64,000 nucleotides of DNA from an uncultured bacterium (GCA_963768305.1 CAVYHE010000008.1:16565-80564); one strand, 5' to 3'; counted from the first letter of the stretch, positions 44,634 through 56,109 are shown. Numbers and translations: made by a program. The notes: generated by a model not told the origin, from the sequence alone.

Positions 44634-45580
44634 CTAATCAAAAAGAGAGCTTATCGAAAGGTTTTCGTAACTTCTCTTTATCGCTTCACCGAACAGAGGC
44701 GCCACGGAGACGACTTTAGCCCGTTGATATTTTTCCCGGCCATCGGAAGCGTGTCGGTGACAGTGACCTCGGTGAATTTCGCCTTGTTCATTTTCTCCAC
44801 GGCGCCTCCGGAAAATATCCCGTGCGTTGCGACAAAATATATTTCATTGTTGCAGCCCTGTTTCTTCAGAGCTTCCACGCCGCCGGTCGCGGTTCCGGCG
44901 GTATCCACCATGTCATCCACGATGATCGGGCTCTTGCCTTTAACATCGCCCACGACATGCATTATTTCCGCTTTCTGATGTTCCGGCCTTGTCTTATGCA
45001 ATATTGCCAGCGGCGCATTAAGCCTGTCGCTGAGCTTTTTCGCGGTCTTCGCCCTGCCGGTATCAGGAGCCACGACGACCGGGTTCTTGATATTTTTCTC
45101 CTTTAGATAATTCGCCAGTATCGGCATCGCGGTAAGATGATCGACCGGAAGATTAAAATATCCCTGTATCTGGTCGGAGTGCAGGTCCATTGTTATTATC
45201 CTGTCTATTCCGGCCGTCGTCAGAAGGTCCGCTATCAGGCGCGCTGATATCGGCTCGCGGGAAGCGGATTTCTTGTCCTGCCTGGCATATCCGAAATGCG
45301 GAATGACCGCTGTAATGTTCTTCGCTGATGCCCTCTTAAGCGCGTCGATAATAATGAAAAGCTCCATCAGGTCCTCGTTGACCTTTGAGGTGCAGGTCTG
45401 GATGACATAAGCGCTCATCCCCCTCACGTTATCAAGGATCCTGGCGTATATTTCCCCGCCGGAAAATCTGGAGATATTGATGTTCGATAATCCGACGCCG
45501 AGGTATTTCGCGATGTTCTTTGAAAGTTCCGGGTGGGATGTGCCGGCGAATATCTTCATTTCATCATTTTTTGGCGTCAT
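44634..45580 (-). CDS. prs: Ribose-phosphate pyrophosphokinase (frameshift near the 3' end)
   Basis: YARQDKK, DLHSDQIQG and VDDMVDTAGT; the corrected end reads SISSLFD*. Confidence 0.95.
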
Positions 45581-45620
45581 TGGGCCCTCCTTGAAAGAAC
45601 TTGGGACATCAATGATTATA

Positions 45621-46924
45621 TCAGCTAACCAATTCTCCCTCAAGAACAAATGGACCTGTGTCCGTTATGCGGACATCGACCAACTTGCCGATCGATCCTT
45701 TATTCCCCGCGAATTTGACAAGCTTGTTTCCTCTTGTGCGCCCGGAAAGTTTACCAAGTTTATCGCGTTCAACCAATACTTCCAGCGCCAGCCCTTTCAA
45801 TTCCTGGTTTTTTTTCTCCGCCGTTCTCTCCACGATATCCATCAGGCGGTGAAGGCGGTCCGACTTGACTGCATCCGGCGCCTGTCCTTGCATTTTTTCT
45901 GCCGGCGTGCCGGGGCGCGGAGAATACGCGAAAGTATTTACAACATCAAGCTGTAATTCACTGATCAGATCAAGAGTGCGTTGAAATTGTTCCTCGGTTT
46001 CGCCGGGGAATCCGGCAATAGCGTCAGAGGTTATCGAAGCTTCGGGGATCCTGTCCCTGATCCTCCCGACCAGTCTGCGGTAATGATCGGCGGTATATCC
46101 TCTGTTCATCGCTTTCAATATTCCGTCGTCGCCTGATTGGAGCGGCAGATGGAAATATTCGCAGACCTTAGGCAAGCTTTTTACAGCATCGATGATCTCA
46201 TCTGACATATCCCTGCGGATGCGAGGTGAGGAATCGGAATCCTTTCGATCCCGTCAATCTGATGGACCTTTTCCAATAACTCCCCTAACCCATAACTCTT
46301 AACTTTTAACTCTTTCGTTTTATAATTATTCACATTCTGCCCCAGCAATATCACTTCTTTAAATATCGACTTATCAAGCCCCTTTACTTCATCAATTATT
46401 TCCTTCATCGGCCGGCTCATTTCCCTGCCCCTCACATACGGAACGACGCAATACGAGCAGAAGTTGTCGCAGCCGGTCATTATGGTGATATAGGCCTGGA
46501 CCGATGGTTTTCTTTTTGATGTTCCGTGAAGCGGATGGTCGCAGGTCCCGACAGAAACGATCCTGTTCCTTTTCTCGATAATTTCATTGATAAGCTGGAC
46601 GATGCGGCCTTCCTGCGCCGGTCCGGCAATGATGTCAAAAAATGGAAGTTTTTTAAGGAGTTTTTCTTTGTCTTTTTCAGCGATGCAGCCTATGATGCCG
46701 AGTACTTTTTTAGGATCTCGCATTTTAAGCGAAATGGTTCCGAGCGCGTATCCGATAGCCTTATCTTCCGCCTGCTGCCTTACGCAGCAGGTATTTATCA
46801 GGACAATGTTCGCTGATTCAAGGTCGGCCGCCGGCTCATGCCCCGCGGCTTCCAGAAGCCCGGCGACGGCTTCCGAATCATTTACGTTCATCTGGCAGCC
46901 GTAGGTCTTAATGAAGTATTTCAT
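45621..46924 (-). CDS. miaB: tRNA methylthiotransferase MiaB (frameshift near 46220)
   Basis: TYGCQMN, CDNFCSYC, HLPLQSG, YSPRPGT and a TRAM domain. Confidence 0.92.
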
Positions 46925-46983
46925 CGATGTTGATTATACTATGTTTGACTATTCAGTGCCGCAAAGCTATAATTTTAAGAACA

Positions 46984-47548
46984 ATGAAAAAGCTCATTAT
47001 TATATGTATGGTCATCGGCATTGCTGCCGGCCTGGCGGCGGGCAAGTCGATCGGTCCCCGGTACAAACTCGAAACAATAAAGGTGGGGTGGAAAATGAAC
47101 GGTCAAAATATGACGATAAAAAGCCCGGCTTTCGTGAACATGGGAAATTTCCCGGTAAGTTCGACCGCGAGGCAAGGGATAAATCCCGAACTCTTATTCG
47201 AAAATATTCCCGCTAATGCGAAAAGTCTTGTCCTGATAATGGATGATCCCGACGCTCCTTACGGGACATTCGATCACTGGATATTATTCAATATTTCCCC
47301 GAAAATAAAAGATATAAAAGAAGGCAGCATCCCCGCCGGCGCATTGAAAGGGAAGAATACTGCCGGAACATTAGCAGTATTTAAGCCCCTCTCCGCCTCC
47401 CGGAAAAGCGCACCGCTATGTTTTCAATCTTTACGCGCTGGATTCCCTGCTTTCGTTAAAAGACGGAGCTGACAAAGCGCAGATCGAAAAAGCAATGGCA
47501 GGACATATCATCTCGCAGGCAAGCCTGATCGGGCTGTATAAAAAATAG
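46984..47548 (+). CDS. YbhB/YbcL (PEBP/RKIP-like) protein (frameshifted)
   Basis: MDDPDAP, FDHW and PPPGKAHRYVFNLYALD occur across frames. Confidence 0.88.
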
Positions 47549-47549
47549 A

Positions 47550-48044
47550 ATGGCGCAGGATTTTTCGTTCGATATTGTTTCAAAGATCAATCTCCAGGAA
47601 CTGGACAATTCCATAAACATGTCCATGAAGGAGATCTCGCAAAGGTTCGATTTCAAGGGAAGCGTAAGCAGCATAAAGAACGAAGAGAATAAAAAGCTGA
47701 TCGTCGTGTCCGACGATGAATTCAAGCTGAAGAACGTCATAGATATCCTCCAGAACAAGCTAGTGAAGCGCGGGATATCGCTTAAATTCCTGGAATACGG
47801 AAAGATCGAGTCCTCTCTCGGCGGCAGCGTGAAGCAGGAAATAACCCTTAAGCAGGGCATACCGCAGGAAAAAGCAAAACAGATAAACAACATGATAAGG
47901 GACCAGAAGCTGAAAGTTCAGACGCAGATACAGGGCGACCAGATAAGGGCCTCAAGCAAGAGCAAGGACGACCTTCAAGCCGTTATTCAGCTATTAAGGG
48001 CCGCAAACCTGGATATTGAGCTGCAATTCATTAATTATAGATAA
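47550..48044 (+). CDS. yajQ: YajQ family nucleotide-binding protein
   Basis: SFDIVS, RFDFKG, QIQGDQIR and QFINYR. Confidence 0.93.
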   Translation: MAQDFSFDIVSKINLQELDNSINMSMKEISQRFDFKGSVSSIKNEENKKLIVVSDDEFKLKNVIDILQNKLVKRGISLKFLEYGKIESSLGGSVKQEITLKQGIPQEKAKQINNMIRDQKLKVQTQIQGDQIRASSKSKDDLQAVIQLLRAANLDIELQFINYR

Positions 48045-48062
48045 AGCCCCCTAACTTCCTTA

Positions 48063-48091
48063 TTGCCAAAAATACGGTTTTCGTGTATAAT
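48063..48091 (+). promoter_or_regulatory. Sigma70-type promoter of rplU-rpmA-obgE (TTGCCA-N17-TATAAT)
   Basis: Near-consensus hexamers; the ATG is only 9 nt downstream of the -10 box. Confidence 0.65.
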
Positions 48092-48100
48092 TGCCGACCT

Positions 48101-48421
48101 ATGTACGCAATAATAGAAACAGGCGGAAAACAATACAAGGTGGAGAAAGGCCTGGAAATGGACGTGGAGCTTCTTGCCGATAAAAAAGCGGGCGACGCGG
48201 TAAAGTTCGATAAGGTCCTTATGCTCGGCAATAAAGGAAAGATAGAAGTAGGCGAGCCATACATAAAGGACGCCCATGTGGACGCCAAAGTCGTATCCAT
48301 CGGCAAGGACAAGAAAGTCACCTCTTTCAAATTCAAGAGGAAAACGAATTATCACAGGACCATAGGCCACAGGCAGATATACACCAGAGTCAAGATCGAA
48401 TCCATTAAAGGAGAAGCGTAA
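48101..48421 (+). CDS. rplU: 50S ribosomal protein bL21
   Basis: [14 protein letters not shown] and GHRQ. Confidence 0.97.
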   Translation: MYAIIETGGKQYKVEKGLEMDVELLADKKAGDAVKFDKVLMLGNKGKIEVGEPYIKDAHVDAKVVSIGKDKKVTSFKFKRKTNYHRTIGHRQIYTRVKIESIKGEA

Positions 48422-48657
48422 TGGCGCATAAAAAAGGCGGCGGATCCACAAGGAACGGCCGCGATTCGAATTCGCAGAGGCTTGGAGTGAAGTCCTTCGG
48501 CGGACAGACCGTAACGGCCGGCAGCATCATAATCAGGCAGCGCGGGCTGAAATTCTCTCCAGGCAGGAACGTCGGGCTCGGCCGCGACGACACCCTTTTT
48601 GCCAAGGCTGACGGAAAGATACTGTTCCACGGCTCAAAAGTAAGCGTCATCCCCTAA
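48421..48657 (+). CDS. rpmA: 50S ribosomal protein bL27
   Basis: [16 protein letters not shown]. Confidence 0.97.
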   Translation: MAHKKGGGSTRNGRDSNSQRLGVKSFGGQTVTAGSIIIRQRGLKFSPGRNVGLGRDDTLFAKADGKILFHGSKVSVIP

Positions 48658-48684
48658 CCGGCAACTTCGGAACGATCAGATCAT

Positions 48685-49674
48685 ATGCCCTTCATAGACG
48701 AAGCCCTTATCACTATTAAAGCCGGAGACGGCGGGGACGGCTGCGTATCTTTTCGCAGAGAAAAATTCATCCCGAAAGGCGGACCTGACGGCGGAAACGG
48801 CGGGCGCGGCGGCGACATTATAATAACTTCTGATTCGCATCTTAGAACTCTCCTTGATTTCAGATATAAAAAGAATTACGAAGCTGGAAAAGGCGCGCCC
48901 GGAGAAGGCTACAGAAAAACCGGAAAAGACGGGCAGCCTTTAACGATAAAAGTCCCTTGCGGAACACAGATATTTGACGCGAACACCGGCGAACTTATTG
49001 TTGACCTGTTAAACGACGGGCAAAAGATATTGATCGCCCGCGGCGGCGACGGCGGATTCGGCAACGACCATTACAAATCTTCCACGAACCAGGCGCCGAG
49101 AAAAGCGCTATCCGGCTGGCCCGGCGAAGAAAAAATCTTAAAACTTGAGCTGAAACTGCTCGCCGATGTCGGGCTTGTCGGATGCCCGAACGCGGGAAAA
49201 TCATCATTGATATCGATAATATCGGCGGCTCATCCGAAGATAGCGCCCTACCCTTTCACGACGAAAGAACCTAATCTCGGGATAGTGAAAGTTGACGAGT
49301 TCGAAAGCTTTGTCGCGGCGGATATTCCGGGATTTCTTGAAGGCGCGCACAAAGGAGTGGGCCTGGGCGATAAATTCCTGAAGCATATCGAGCGGACCCG
49401 AGTACTCATACATATAATAGACGCCGCGGGGGTGGACGGACGGCGTCCCATCGACGATTACGCCACTATTAACAAGGAGCTTGCCGAATACAGCCGGCAT
49501 CTGATCGATCTGCCCCGGATCGTGGCTTTGAATAAGATTGACCTTCTGGAAGCTAAAAAGAACCTGAAAGAGTTCGACAAGCAAAAGATCGAATATATCC
49601 CGATATCCTGCGCGACAAAAGAAGGCGTTCAGCTTCTGGTTTACAAGGCGGCGGAGATGCTGAGGGCGAAATAG
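48685..49674 (+). CDS. obgE: GTPase ObgE
   Basis: Gly-rich Obg fold, GCPNAGKS, YPFTT, DIPG and NKID. Confidence 0.97.
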   Translation: MPFIDEALITIKAGDGGDGCVSFRREKFIPKGGPDGGNGGRGGDIIITSDSHLRTLLDFRYKKNYEAGKGAPGEGYRKTGKDGQPLTIKVPCGTQIFDANTGELIVDLLNDGQKILIARGGDGGFGNDHYKSSTNQAPRKALSGWPGEEKILKLELKLLADVGLVGCPNAGKSSLISIISAAHPKIAPYPFTTKEPNLGIVKVDEFESFVAADIPGFLEGAHKGVGLGDKFLKHIERTRVLIHIIDAAGVDGRRPIDDYATINKELAEYSRHLIDLPRIVALNKIDLLEAKKNLKEFDKQKIEYIPISCATKEGVQLLVYKAAEMLRAK

Positions 49675-49678
49675 GGCT

Positions 49679-50434
49679 TCACTTTATCAGTTCCCGTACC
49701 ATTTCTTCCATCCTCTTTGCGGCCATATTAACATCAATAAAACCGGGACTCGTGAACATCATGATGATCTTGCTTGTTTCGGCCATTCTTATTATTTTTT
49801 CTTTCATAATGTCCCATTCGCTCTTTGCCTTTCCAAAAGAATTATAGCCAAAAATATCCAGGTCCAAACTGATCACCCTTGAGTTCGCCCTGCCGGTTCT
49901 GTCAGCCCAGCGTGTCAATGGGGATATCCCGGAAAATCTCATTCCCCGCCAATCAACGGCTTTCTCCCCTTTTTTGAGATCATCGTGGAGGAACCTGAAT
50001 GTCATGTTCGGATATAAACGCGCTACGGCGGTCATGAAATTCGCGACTGTGATCCCGTGCCGGAAAACCTTTGGCCATAATTCCCATTCAAGATACTTGC
50101 GAACAGTTTTAGTGCTTGAAGCGGGCGATAAATTTATCCGGCCGCCGAAAAAATTATTGTCCGGATGCACATTCCGGTCGATATGAAGCCATTCTTCGTT
50201 CCCTTTTAAATTGCCAAGATCTCTCTCCAGTAAAGAGAAGAACACGCTGGCATGATGATCCGTCCCAAGATAGATCGACTTGGAAGGCGTTGATATCTTA
50301 ACAAAGATCTTGTTCGATATAACATAGGATCGCCCCAATATATTCAGGTTGCATTCTTCGCGTGAGACGCATTTCCTGTTCCTCTGCAAAGGGAAATTAT
50401 ATCTCGCGCTTTTGACATCTATTTTTATGCTCAC
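49679..50434 (-). CDS. Orphan with degenerate UPF0489/arginase-deacetylase-like motifs
   Basis: DHH, LHID..HPD, ANFM, LDLDIF and TSPGFID motif series; opposite strand to its neighbours. Confidence 0.6.
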   Translation of the reverse strand: MSIKIDVKSARYNFPLQRNRKCVSREECNLNILGRSYVISNKIFVKISTPSKSIYLGTDHHASVFFSLLERDLGNLKGNEEWLHIDRNVHPDNNFFGGRINLSPASSTKTVRKYLEWELWPKVFRHGITVANFMTAVARLYPNMTFRFLHDDLKKGEKAVDWRGMRFSGISPLTRWADRTGRANSRVISLDLDIFGYNSFGKAKSEWDIMKEKIIRMAETSKIIMMFTSPGFIDVNMAAKRMEEMVRELIK

Positions 50435-50440
50435 GTATGT

Positions 50441-50468
50441 TTATCGTGAAAAAAACCGGTAAATTTCA
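50441..50468 (-). promoter_or_regulatory. Putative sigma28-like promoter TGAAATTT-N13-ACGATAA
   Basis: Third copy of the motif; the GTG start is 6 nt downstream. Confidence 0.6.
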
Positions 50469-50524
50469 TTTTCCTCCTTGTTTCCCTTGCCTCAATTACT
50501 CCTTTCCTTTATAATCACCTCACG

Positions 50525-51286
50525 ATGAGCAAGTTCAAAACCATAGTCGTCAAGATAGGCAGCTCCACCCTCACGAACAAAGCCGGCAACCTTGACACCG
50601 CCAATCTGAAGAGGATAGCGGCTGAAATATCGGAAATGACCGCGTCAAAGAAAAAGGTCATCATTGTCACATCCGGCGCCATAGTTTCCGGAAGAGAGCG
50701 GCTGAATTTAAAGAAAATAAACGGCTCCATCCCCGAAAAACAGGCCGCCGCGGCTGTCGGCCAGAGCATATTGATGAGAGAATACGCCAAAGCTTTTGAC
50801 GAACACGGTATCACCGTCGCCCAAATATTATTAACAAGGGACGAGATATCCAACAAGGCAAGGTCATTGAATACCAGCAACGCGCTCACAAAACTCCTTG
50901 AACTTGGAGTGATCCCTATCGTCAATGAGAACGATACTGTTTCCGTGGAAGAAATAAAGATCGGTGATAACGACACATTATCCGCCCTGGTGGCAAGCCT
51001 TGTCGGCGCGGACCTTTTGATAATGTTGACCGATGTGGATGGTTTCATGATGGGATCCCGGGTTGTCCATGAAATAAAAGAGATCACAAAGGAAGTCATG
51101 GACGCGGCAGGCCATTCATCTTCCGATAAGGGTGTGGGCGGAATGGTGACAAAAATAAAGGCCGCCGAGATATGTTCCGGATCCGGCATCACCACCGCAA
51201 TTGCGAACGGAAGGACCGCCGGTGTGATGGAGAAGATAATTTCAGGCGAGCAAGTCGGGACTGTTTTCTTAAAAGGATCGAAATGA
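50525..51286 (+). CDS. proB: Glutamate 5-kinase (no PUA domain)
   Basis: VVKIGSS, NENDTV, GDNDTLSA and GGMVTK. Confidence 0.95.
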   Translation: MSKFKTIVVKIGSSTLTNKAGNLDTANLKRIAAEISEMTASKKKVIIVTSGAIVSGRERLNLKKINGSIPEKQAAAAVGQSILMREYAKAFDEHGITVAQILLTRDEISNKARSLNTSNALTKLLELGVIPIVNENDTVSVEEIKIGDNDTLSALVASLVGADLLIMLTDVDGFMMGSRVVHEIKEITKEVMDAAGHSSSDKGVGGMVTKIKAAEICSGSGITTAIANGRTAGVMEKIISGEQVGTVFLKGSK

Positions 51287-52530
51287 GCGAAGTTATAGAA
51301 AAAGCTAAAAAAGCGAAAGAAGCGTCCTTCAAGCTTGCTAACATAAGCACTGCGATAAAGAACAAGGCGCTCATCAACATGGCGAAAGCCATCTCCTCCG
51401 GCGCAAAAGACATAATAGAAGCGAACAAGCTGGACCTGGAGATCGCATACAAAAAAAACACCGGTTCGACAATGGTTGACCGGCTCGCTCTTGACGGAGG
51501 AAGGATAGACGATATCATCGAAAGCCTTAACATCGTGCGCGATCTTCCCGACCCTATCGGAAGAATAATCGCAAAATGGAGAAGACCGAACGGCCTCACG
51601 ATAATGAAGAGACGGGTCCCGCTCGGGGTGATCGGCATAGTTTATGAAGCGCGCCCGAATGTGACAGTTGATACCGCTTCGCTCTGCCTGAAAGCCGGCA
51701 ACGCGGTAATTTTGAGAGGCGGATCTGATGCTATTAACTCGAATCTTATACTTGCGAAGCTGATATCTGAAGCCGCCGTCAGCGCCGGCGTTCCAGATGG
51801 AGCTATCAGCATCATCGAGAACACAGAAAGGGAATCCGTGACTGAGCTTCTTTCGTTGAATAAATTCATCGACGTGATAATCCCCCGGGGCGGAGCCGGA
51901 CTGATAAAACATACCATAGAAAACTCGACGATCCCCGTGATAGAGACCGGCGAAGGAAACTGCCACGCCTACGTGGAAAAGACAGCCGACCTGAAAAAAG
52001 CGGTGGAGATAGTTTACAACGCGAAAGTGAGCAGGCCTTCGGTCTGCAACGCCATAGAGACCCTGCTTGTGGACGAAGCTATCGCGAAAGAATTCCTGCC
52101 GATGGTTTTTGAGCGCCTTAAAGAAGCCCATGTGGAGCTGAGAGGCGACGCGGCGGCAAAAGCGATAGACCCGACGATAAAATCGGCGACGGAAGAAGAC
52201 TGGAGAACGGAATACCTTGCGCTTATCCTGGCGGTAAAGGTAGTATCGGGTGTAGATGAAGCCGTGAAACATATCAACACTTACGGGACAAAACATTCTG
52301 AAACGATAATCACGCGCGACAGGAAAGCGGCGAAGATATTTACGGATGAAGCGGATTCCGCCGCGGTTTACGTGAACGCGTCCACGCGGTTCACCGACGG
52401 CGGGGAATTCGGGTTCGGCGCCGAAATAGGCATATCCACGCAGAAACTCCACGCGAGAGGCCCCATGGGACTGAACGAATTAACATCATATAAATACATA
52501 GTGATCGGAAACGGTCAGGTCAGGAAATAA
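51283..52530 (+). CDS. proA: Gamma-glutamyl phosphate reductase
   Basis: YEARPNV, VCNAIE, NASTRF and STQKLHARGPMG. Confidence 0.96.
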   Translation: MSEVIEKAKKAKEASFKLANISTAIKNKALINMAKAISSGAKDIIEANKLDLEIAYKKNTGSTMVDRLALDGGRIDDIIESLNIVRDLPDPIGRIIAKWRRPNGLTIMKRRVPLGVIGIVYEARPNVTVDTASLCLKAGNAVILRGGSDAINSNLILAKLISEAAVSAGVPDGAISIIENTERESVTELLSLNKFIDVIIPRGGAGLIKHTIENSTIPVIETGEGNCHAYVEKTADLKKAVEIVYNAKVSRPSVCNAIETLLVDEAIAKEFLPMVFERLKEAHVELRGDAAAKAIDPTIKSATEEDWRTEYLALILAVKVVSGVDEAVKHINTYGTKHSETIITRDRKAAKIFTDEADSAAVYVNASTRFTDGGEFGFGAEIGISTQKLHARGPMGLNELTSYKYIVIGNGQVRK

Positions 52531-52531
52531 C

Positions 52532-53149
52532 TTGCAGCGCATCGGAATAATGGGAGGCACTTTCAATCCCGTCCACAAGGGGCATATCGCCATAGCCGAA
52601 GCCGCGAAAAAGAATTTCTTCCTGGATAAAGTGATATTTGTCCCTTCCGGCCATCCCCCTCACAAGACGCAGGAATACATAGCTCCGAAAGAGGACCGGT
52701 TCAAAATGGTGAAGTTGGCGATCGCCGGCAGAAAAGATTTTTATATCTCCCGCGTTGAGATAGACAGGACAGGATATTCTTATGCCGTGGACACTTTCAA
52801 GGCTTTGAAAAAAGAGTACAAAGGGAAAGCCGTTCTCTACTATATAATGGGCATGGATTCCATAAACGAGATCCTCTCCTGGAAGAAGCCGCTGGAGCTG
52901 TTCAAGATATGCCAGTTCATAGTCGCGACAAGACAGGGCGCGAGGATAAGGACGATGAAGCGGATACTGAAATTCCCGCCGCTTAATTTGAACGCGAACA
53001 GCATTCACCTGATAGAGGTCAAAGCGGATGTTTCATCCACAAAGATAAGGGATTCCATCAAAAAAGGAATGATCCCCGCAAAGTTGATGGACAGCAAGGT
53101 CGCCAACTACATAAAGAAGAATAAACTGTATGAATATTCCGGAACATAA
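52532..53149 (+). CDS. nadD: Nicotinate-nucleotide adenylyltransferase
   Basis: GGTFNPVHKGH, PPHK and VSSTKIR. Confidence 0.93.
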   Translation: MQRIGIMGGTFNPVHKGHIAIAEAAKKNFFLDKVIFVPSGHPPHKTQEYIAPKEDRFKMVKLAIAGRKDFYISRVEIDRTGYSYAVDTFKALKKEYKGKAVLYYIMGMDSINEILSWKKPLELFKICQFIVATRQGARIRTMKRILKFPPLNLNANSIHLIEVKADVSSTKIRDSIKKGMIPAKLMDSKVANYIKKNKLYEYSGT

Positions 53150-54386
53150 ACAAACGGTCCTGAAGAACGGCATAACACTTCTAACGGAGACCATGGAAGA
53201 TGTCCGCTCCGTCGCGATGGGCATTATAGTTGGCGCGGGGTCGGGCCTGGAGCAGGACCCCATAGCCGGCATCTCGCATTTCATAGAGCATATGGCGTTC
53301 AAGGGGACATTGAAAAGATCGGCATTTGATATAGCGTCCGAGCTTGACGCGGTGGGCGGTAAAATGAACGCGTACACAAGCAAAGAGCTTACCACGTATT
53401 ATGCCGTGACATTGGACAAACATATCAATATCGCCGCTGACGTTCTATCCGATATTTTCCTTAACTCCGTTTATGACGCCAAGGAAATGGAGCTGGAAAA
53501 AGGCGTTATCGTAGAGGAAATAAAAATGTACGAGGACACCCCCGACGAGCTTATCCACGACTTTTTCATGGAAACTATCTTTCACGGGCATCCGCTGGGC
53601 AGGCCGACCATCGGGCATGAAGGAAGCGTCAGGTCCATCGATAGGAAACAAATGCTTGATTACATAAAAGAAAATTACACTCCTGATAATGTGATCGTCG
53701 CGCTTGCAGGCAATATAGATCATCAAGATGCGGTGAAACTTATCGAGCCGGCGTTCTCGGTGATGAAAGGCAAGTTCCCTGCCTCAAAAAGGGTCCCGCC
53801 GACGATAAAGAAAGCCGTGAAATTGAAATATAAAAAGACCGAGCAGGTCCACATGTGCCTGGGAACAAAAGGCCCCTCCCAGACAGACGAGGACAGGTAC
53901 GCTTTCTCGATACTTGATACGGTGCTGGGAGGGAGCATGAGCTCCCGGCTGTTCCAGGAGATAAGGGAAAAAAGAGGGCTGGCATACGCGATATATTCGT
54001 ACAACGGCGCGCTTAAAGACTGCGGGCTTTATGTTGTTTATGCCGGAACAAGCAAGGAAAATTTCCGCAAAGTCGTGGACCTGACCATCGAAGAGTTCAA
54101 CAAGATAAAGAAGAGCGGGATAACAAAAGAGGAAATGGAAAGGTCAAAGGAACATCTTAAGGGCTCGCTTGTCCTGGGGCTTGAATCCACATCGAGCAGG
54201 ATGAGCTACCTGGCAAAGTCGCAGTTCTATTTCGGAAGGATAATAACTGTCGATGAGATATTCCGGAAAGTCGACAGCCTGACGCTGGATGATATAATGG
54301 CCGCGGCAAATAAATATCTGAAGGACGAATATCTGACGCTCACCGCGATCGGAGATATTACGGAAAAGGAGATGCCGCAGGTATGA
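53130..54386 (+). CDS. M16 family zinc peptidase
   Basis: HFIEH inverted zinc motif and SSRLFQEIREKRGLAY. Confidence 0.93.
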   Translation: MNIPEHKQTVLKNGITLLTETMEDVRSVAMGIIVGAGSGLEQDPIAGISHFIEHMAFKGTLKRSAFDIASELDAVGGKMNAYTSKELTTYYAVTLDKHINIAADVLSDIFLNSVYDAKEMELEKGVIVEEIKMYEDTPDELIHDFFMETIFHGHPLGRPTIGHEGSVRSIDRKQMLDYIKENYTPDNVIVALAGNIDHQDAVKLIEPAFSVMKGKFPASKRVPPTIKKAVKLKYKKTEQVHMCLGTKGPSQTDEDRYAFSILDTVLGGSMSSRLFQEIREKRGLAYAIYSYNGALKDCGLYVVYAGTSKENFRKVVDLTIEEFNKIKKSGITKEEMERSKEHLKGSLVLGLESTSSRMSYLAKSQFYFGRIITVDEIFRKVDSLTLDDIMAAANKYLKDEYLTLTAIGDITEKEMPQV

Positions 54387-54834
54387 GCGCAAGACCAAAG
54401 GTGAAAATATTGAGACTTCCGCACGGAGAGGGCGTTCCCCTTCCCAAATACATGAGCCACGCTGCTTCCGGAATGGACATTTATGCCGCAGTTGAAGGCG
54501 AATTGTGATGAAGCCGGGAGAGAGAAAGCTGATACCGACAGGGTTCAAAATGGCTTTGCCTGAGGGTTACGAAGCTCAGGTCCGCCCGAGGTCAGGTTTG
54601 GCAATAAAGAACGGGATCTCAGTTCTTAATACGCCGGGAACTATCGATGAGGATTACCGCGGCGAGGTGGGAGTTATACTGGTCAATCTTGGAAGCGAAG
54701 CGTTCACCGTAAAGCGCGGCGACCGCATAGCGCAGATGGTGATAAAGAAAGTGGAACAGGCGGATATAGAGGAAGTTGAAAGCCTTTCCGAAACGCATCG
54801 AAGCTCTGGCGGATTCGGCCACACGGGGGTATAA
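54383..54834 (+). CDS. dut: dUTPase (frameshift near 54503)
   Basis: [26 protein letters not shown] and GGFGHTG. Confidence 0.93.
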
Positions 54835-54841
54835 TTACATC

Positions 54842-55642
54842 ATGATAAAAATATTGATAAGCGGCGCGGCGGGAAAAATGGGCAGCGAGGTCATAAAGGC
54901 GATCAAAAAAGAAAATGACATGAAGCTTGTCGCGGCCGTTGATATCGCGCAGGTCGGGATCGATGCGGGCGAGGACGCGGGAATAGGCCCGCTCGGAGTC
55001 GAGATATCAAAGGACCTGAAATCAGCGATAAGAGACTCAAAACCCGATATTGCCATAGATTTCACGCATCCGAACATCGCAATGGCGAACGCAAAGATCA
55101 TCCTTGAATCCGGCGTCCACGCGGTGATCGGCACGACCGGATTGTCCGAGGATGACCTGGATGAGATAAAAAAACTATGCGCAAAGAACAAGGTAAACTG
55201 CATCGTGGCTCCCAATTTCGCGATCGGCGCAGTCCTTATGATGATGTTCTCGAAAACCGCCGCAAAATACATGCCGAACGTGGAAATAATCGAGATGCAT
55301 CACGACAAAAAAGCGGATTCCCCTTCCGGAACGGCCATCAAGACGGCTGAGTTGATACTTCAATCCGAAGCAGCGAAAGGTCTGAATAAAGGCAAAGTTT
55401 CTGAGATAGAGAAACTTGACGGCGCGAGCGGCGGGAGCCTGGACGGCATCCACATCCACAGCGTGCGGCTGCCGGGTTTTGTCGCATCCCAGGAAGTGAT
55501 ATTCGGCGGCTTGGGCCAGACGTTAAAGATAAGGCACGACTCGATATCAAGGGAATCTTTCATGCCGGGCGTGATCATGGCCGTTAGAAAGATAAAGTCC
55601 CTGAACGGCCTTGTTTACGGACTCGAAAATCTGCTTTCATAG
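54842..55642 (+). CDS. dapB: 4-hydroxy-tetrahydrodipicolinate reductase
   Basis: GAAGKMG, GTTG, APNFAIG and EMHHDKKADSPSGTA. Confidence 0.95.
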   Translation: MIKILISGAAGKMGSEVIKAIKKENDMKLVAAVDIAQVGIDAGEDAGIGPLGVEISKDLKSAIRDSKPDIAIDFTHPNIAMANAKIILESGVHAVIGTTGLSEDDLDEIKKLCAKNKVNCIVAPNFAIGAVLMMMFSKTAAKYMPNVEIIEMHHDKKADSPSGTAIKTAELILQSEAAKGLNKGKVSEIEKLDGASGGSLDGIHIHSVRLPGFVASQEVIFGGLGQTLKIRHDSISRESFMPGVIMAVRKIKSLNGLVYGLENLLS

Positions 55643-56109
55643 ATGCCCCGCTATAAAAAGGTCCTATCTGAGAACCGCAAAGCTTTCTTCGATTACGCGA
55701 TAATCGAAACTTATCAGGCAGGGATCTCTCTTAAAGGTACGGAAGTCAAATCGATAAGGATGGGAAAAGTTAATCTTAAGGACAGTTTTGCCCGCATCGA
55801 CAAGGGCGAAATATGGCTTTACAACATGCACGTAAGCCCTTACGAACAGGGCGGGAGATACAACCTGAACCCCATAAGGGAGCGAAAGCTGCTCATGAAC
55901 CGCAACGAAATGAACAAGCTTATCGGCCGCGTGCAAGAAAAAGGTTTAACTTTGATACCCCTTAAGCTATACTTGATGGACAACTGGGTGAAAGTGGACT
56001 TGCCCTCGCAAAGTCAAAAAAGCAGTTCGAAAAACGGGAGAAGATCAAGAAAAAAGAGACGGCAAGGGAGATGGAGAGGGCTTTATCGGCCCGCTTAAAG
56101 AAAAAATGA
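55643..56109 (+). CDS. smpB: SsrA-binding protein (1-bp deletion near 56000)
   Basis: [16 protein letters not shown] and RKLLM; the corrected tail reads [18 protein letters not shown]. Confidence 0.93.

Noticed and set aside
48685-51286. Short ObgE (no C-terminal domain) and ProB without PUA
   Set aside because: Both short forms are common and end cleanly.
50515-52452. 645-aa minus-strand ORF
   Set aside because: It is the antisense shadow of proB-proA, with no recognisable motifs.
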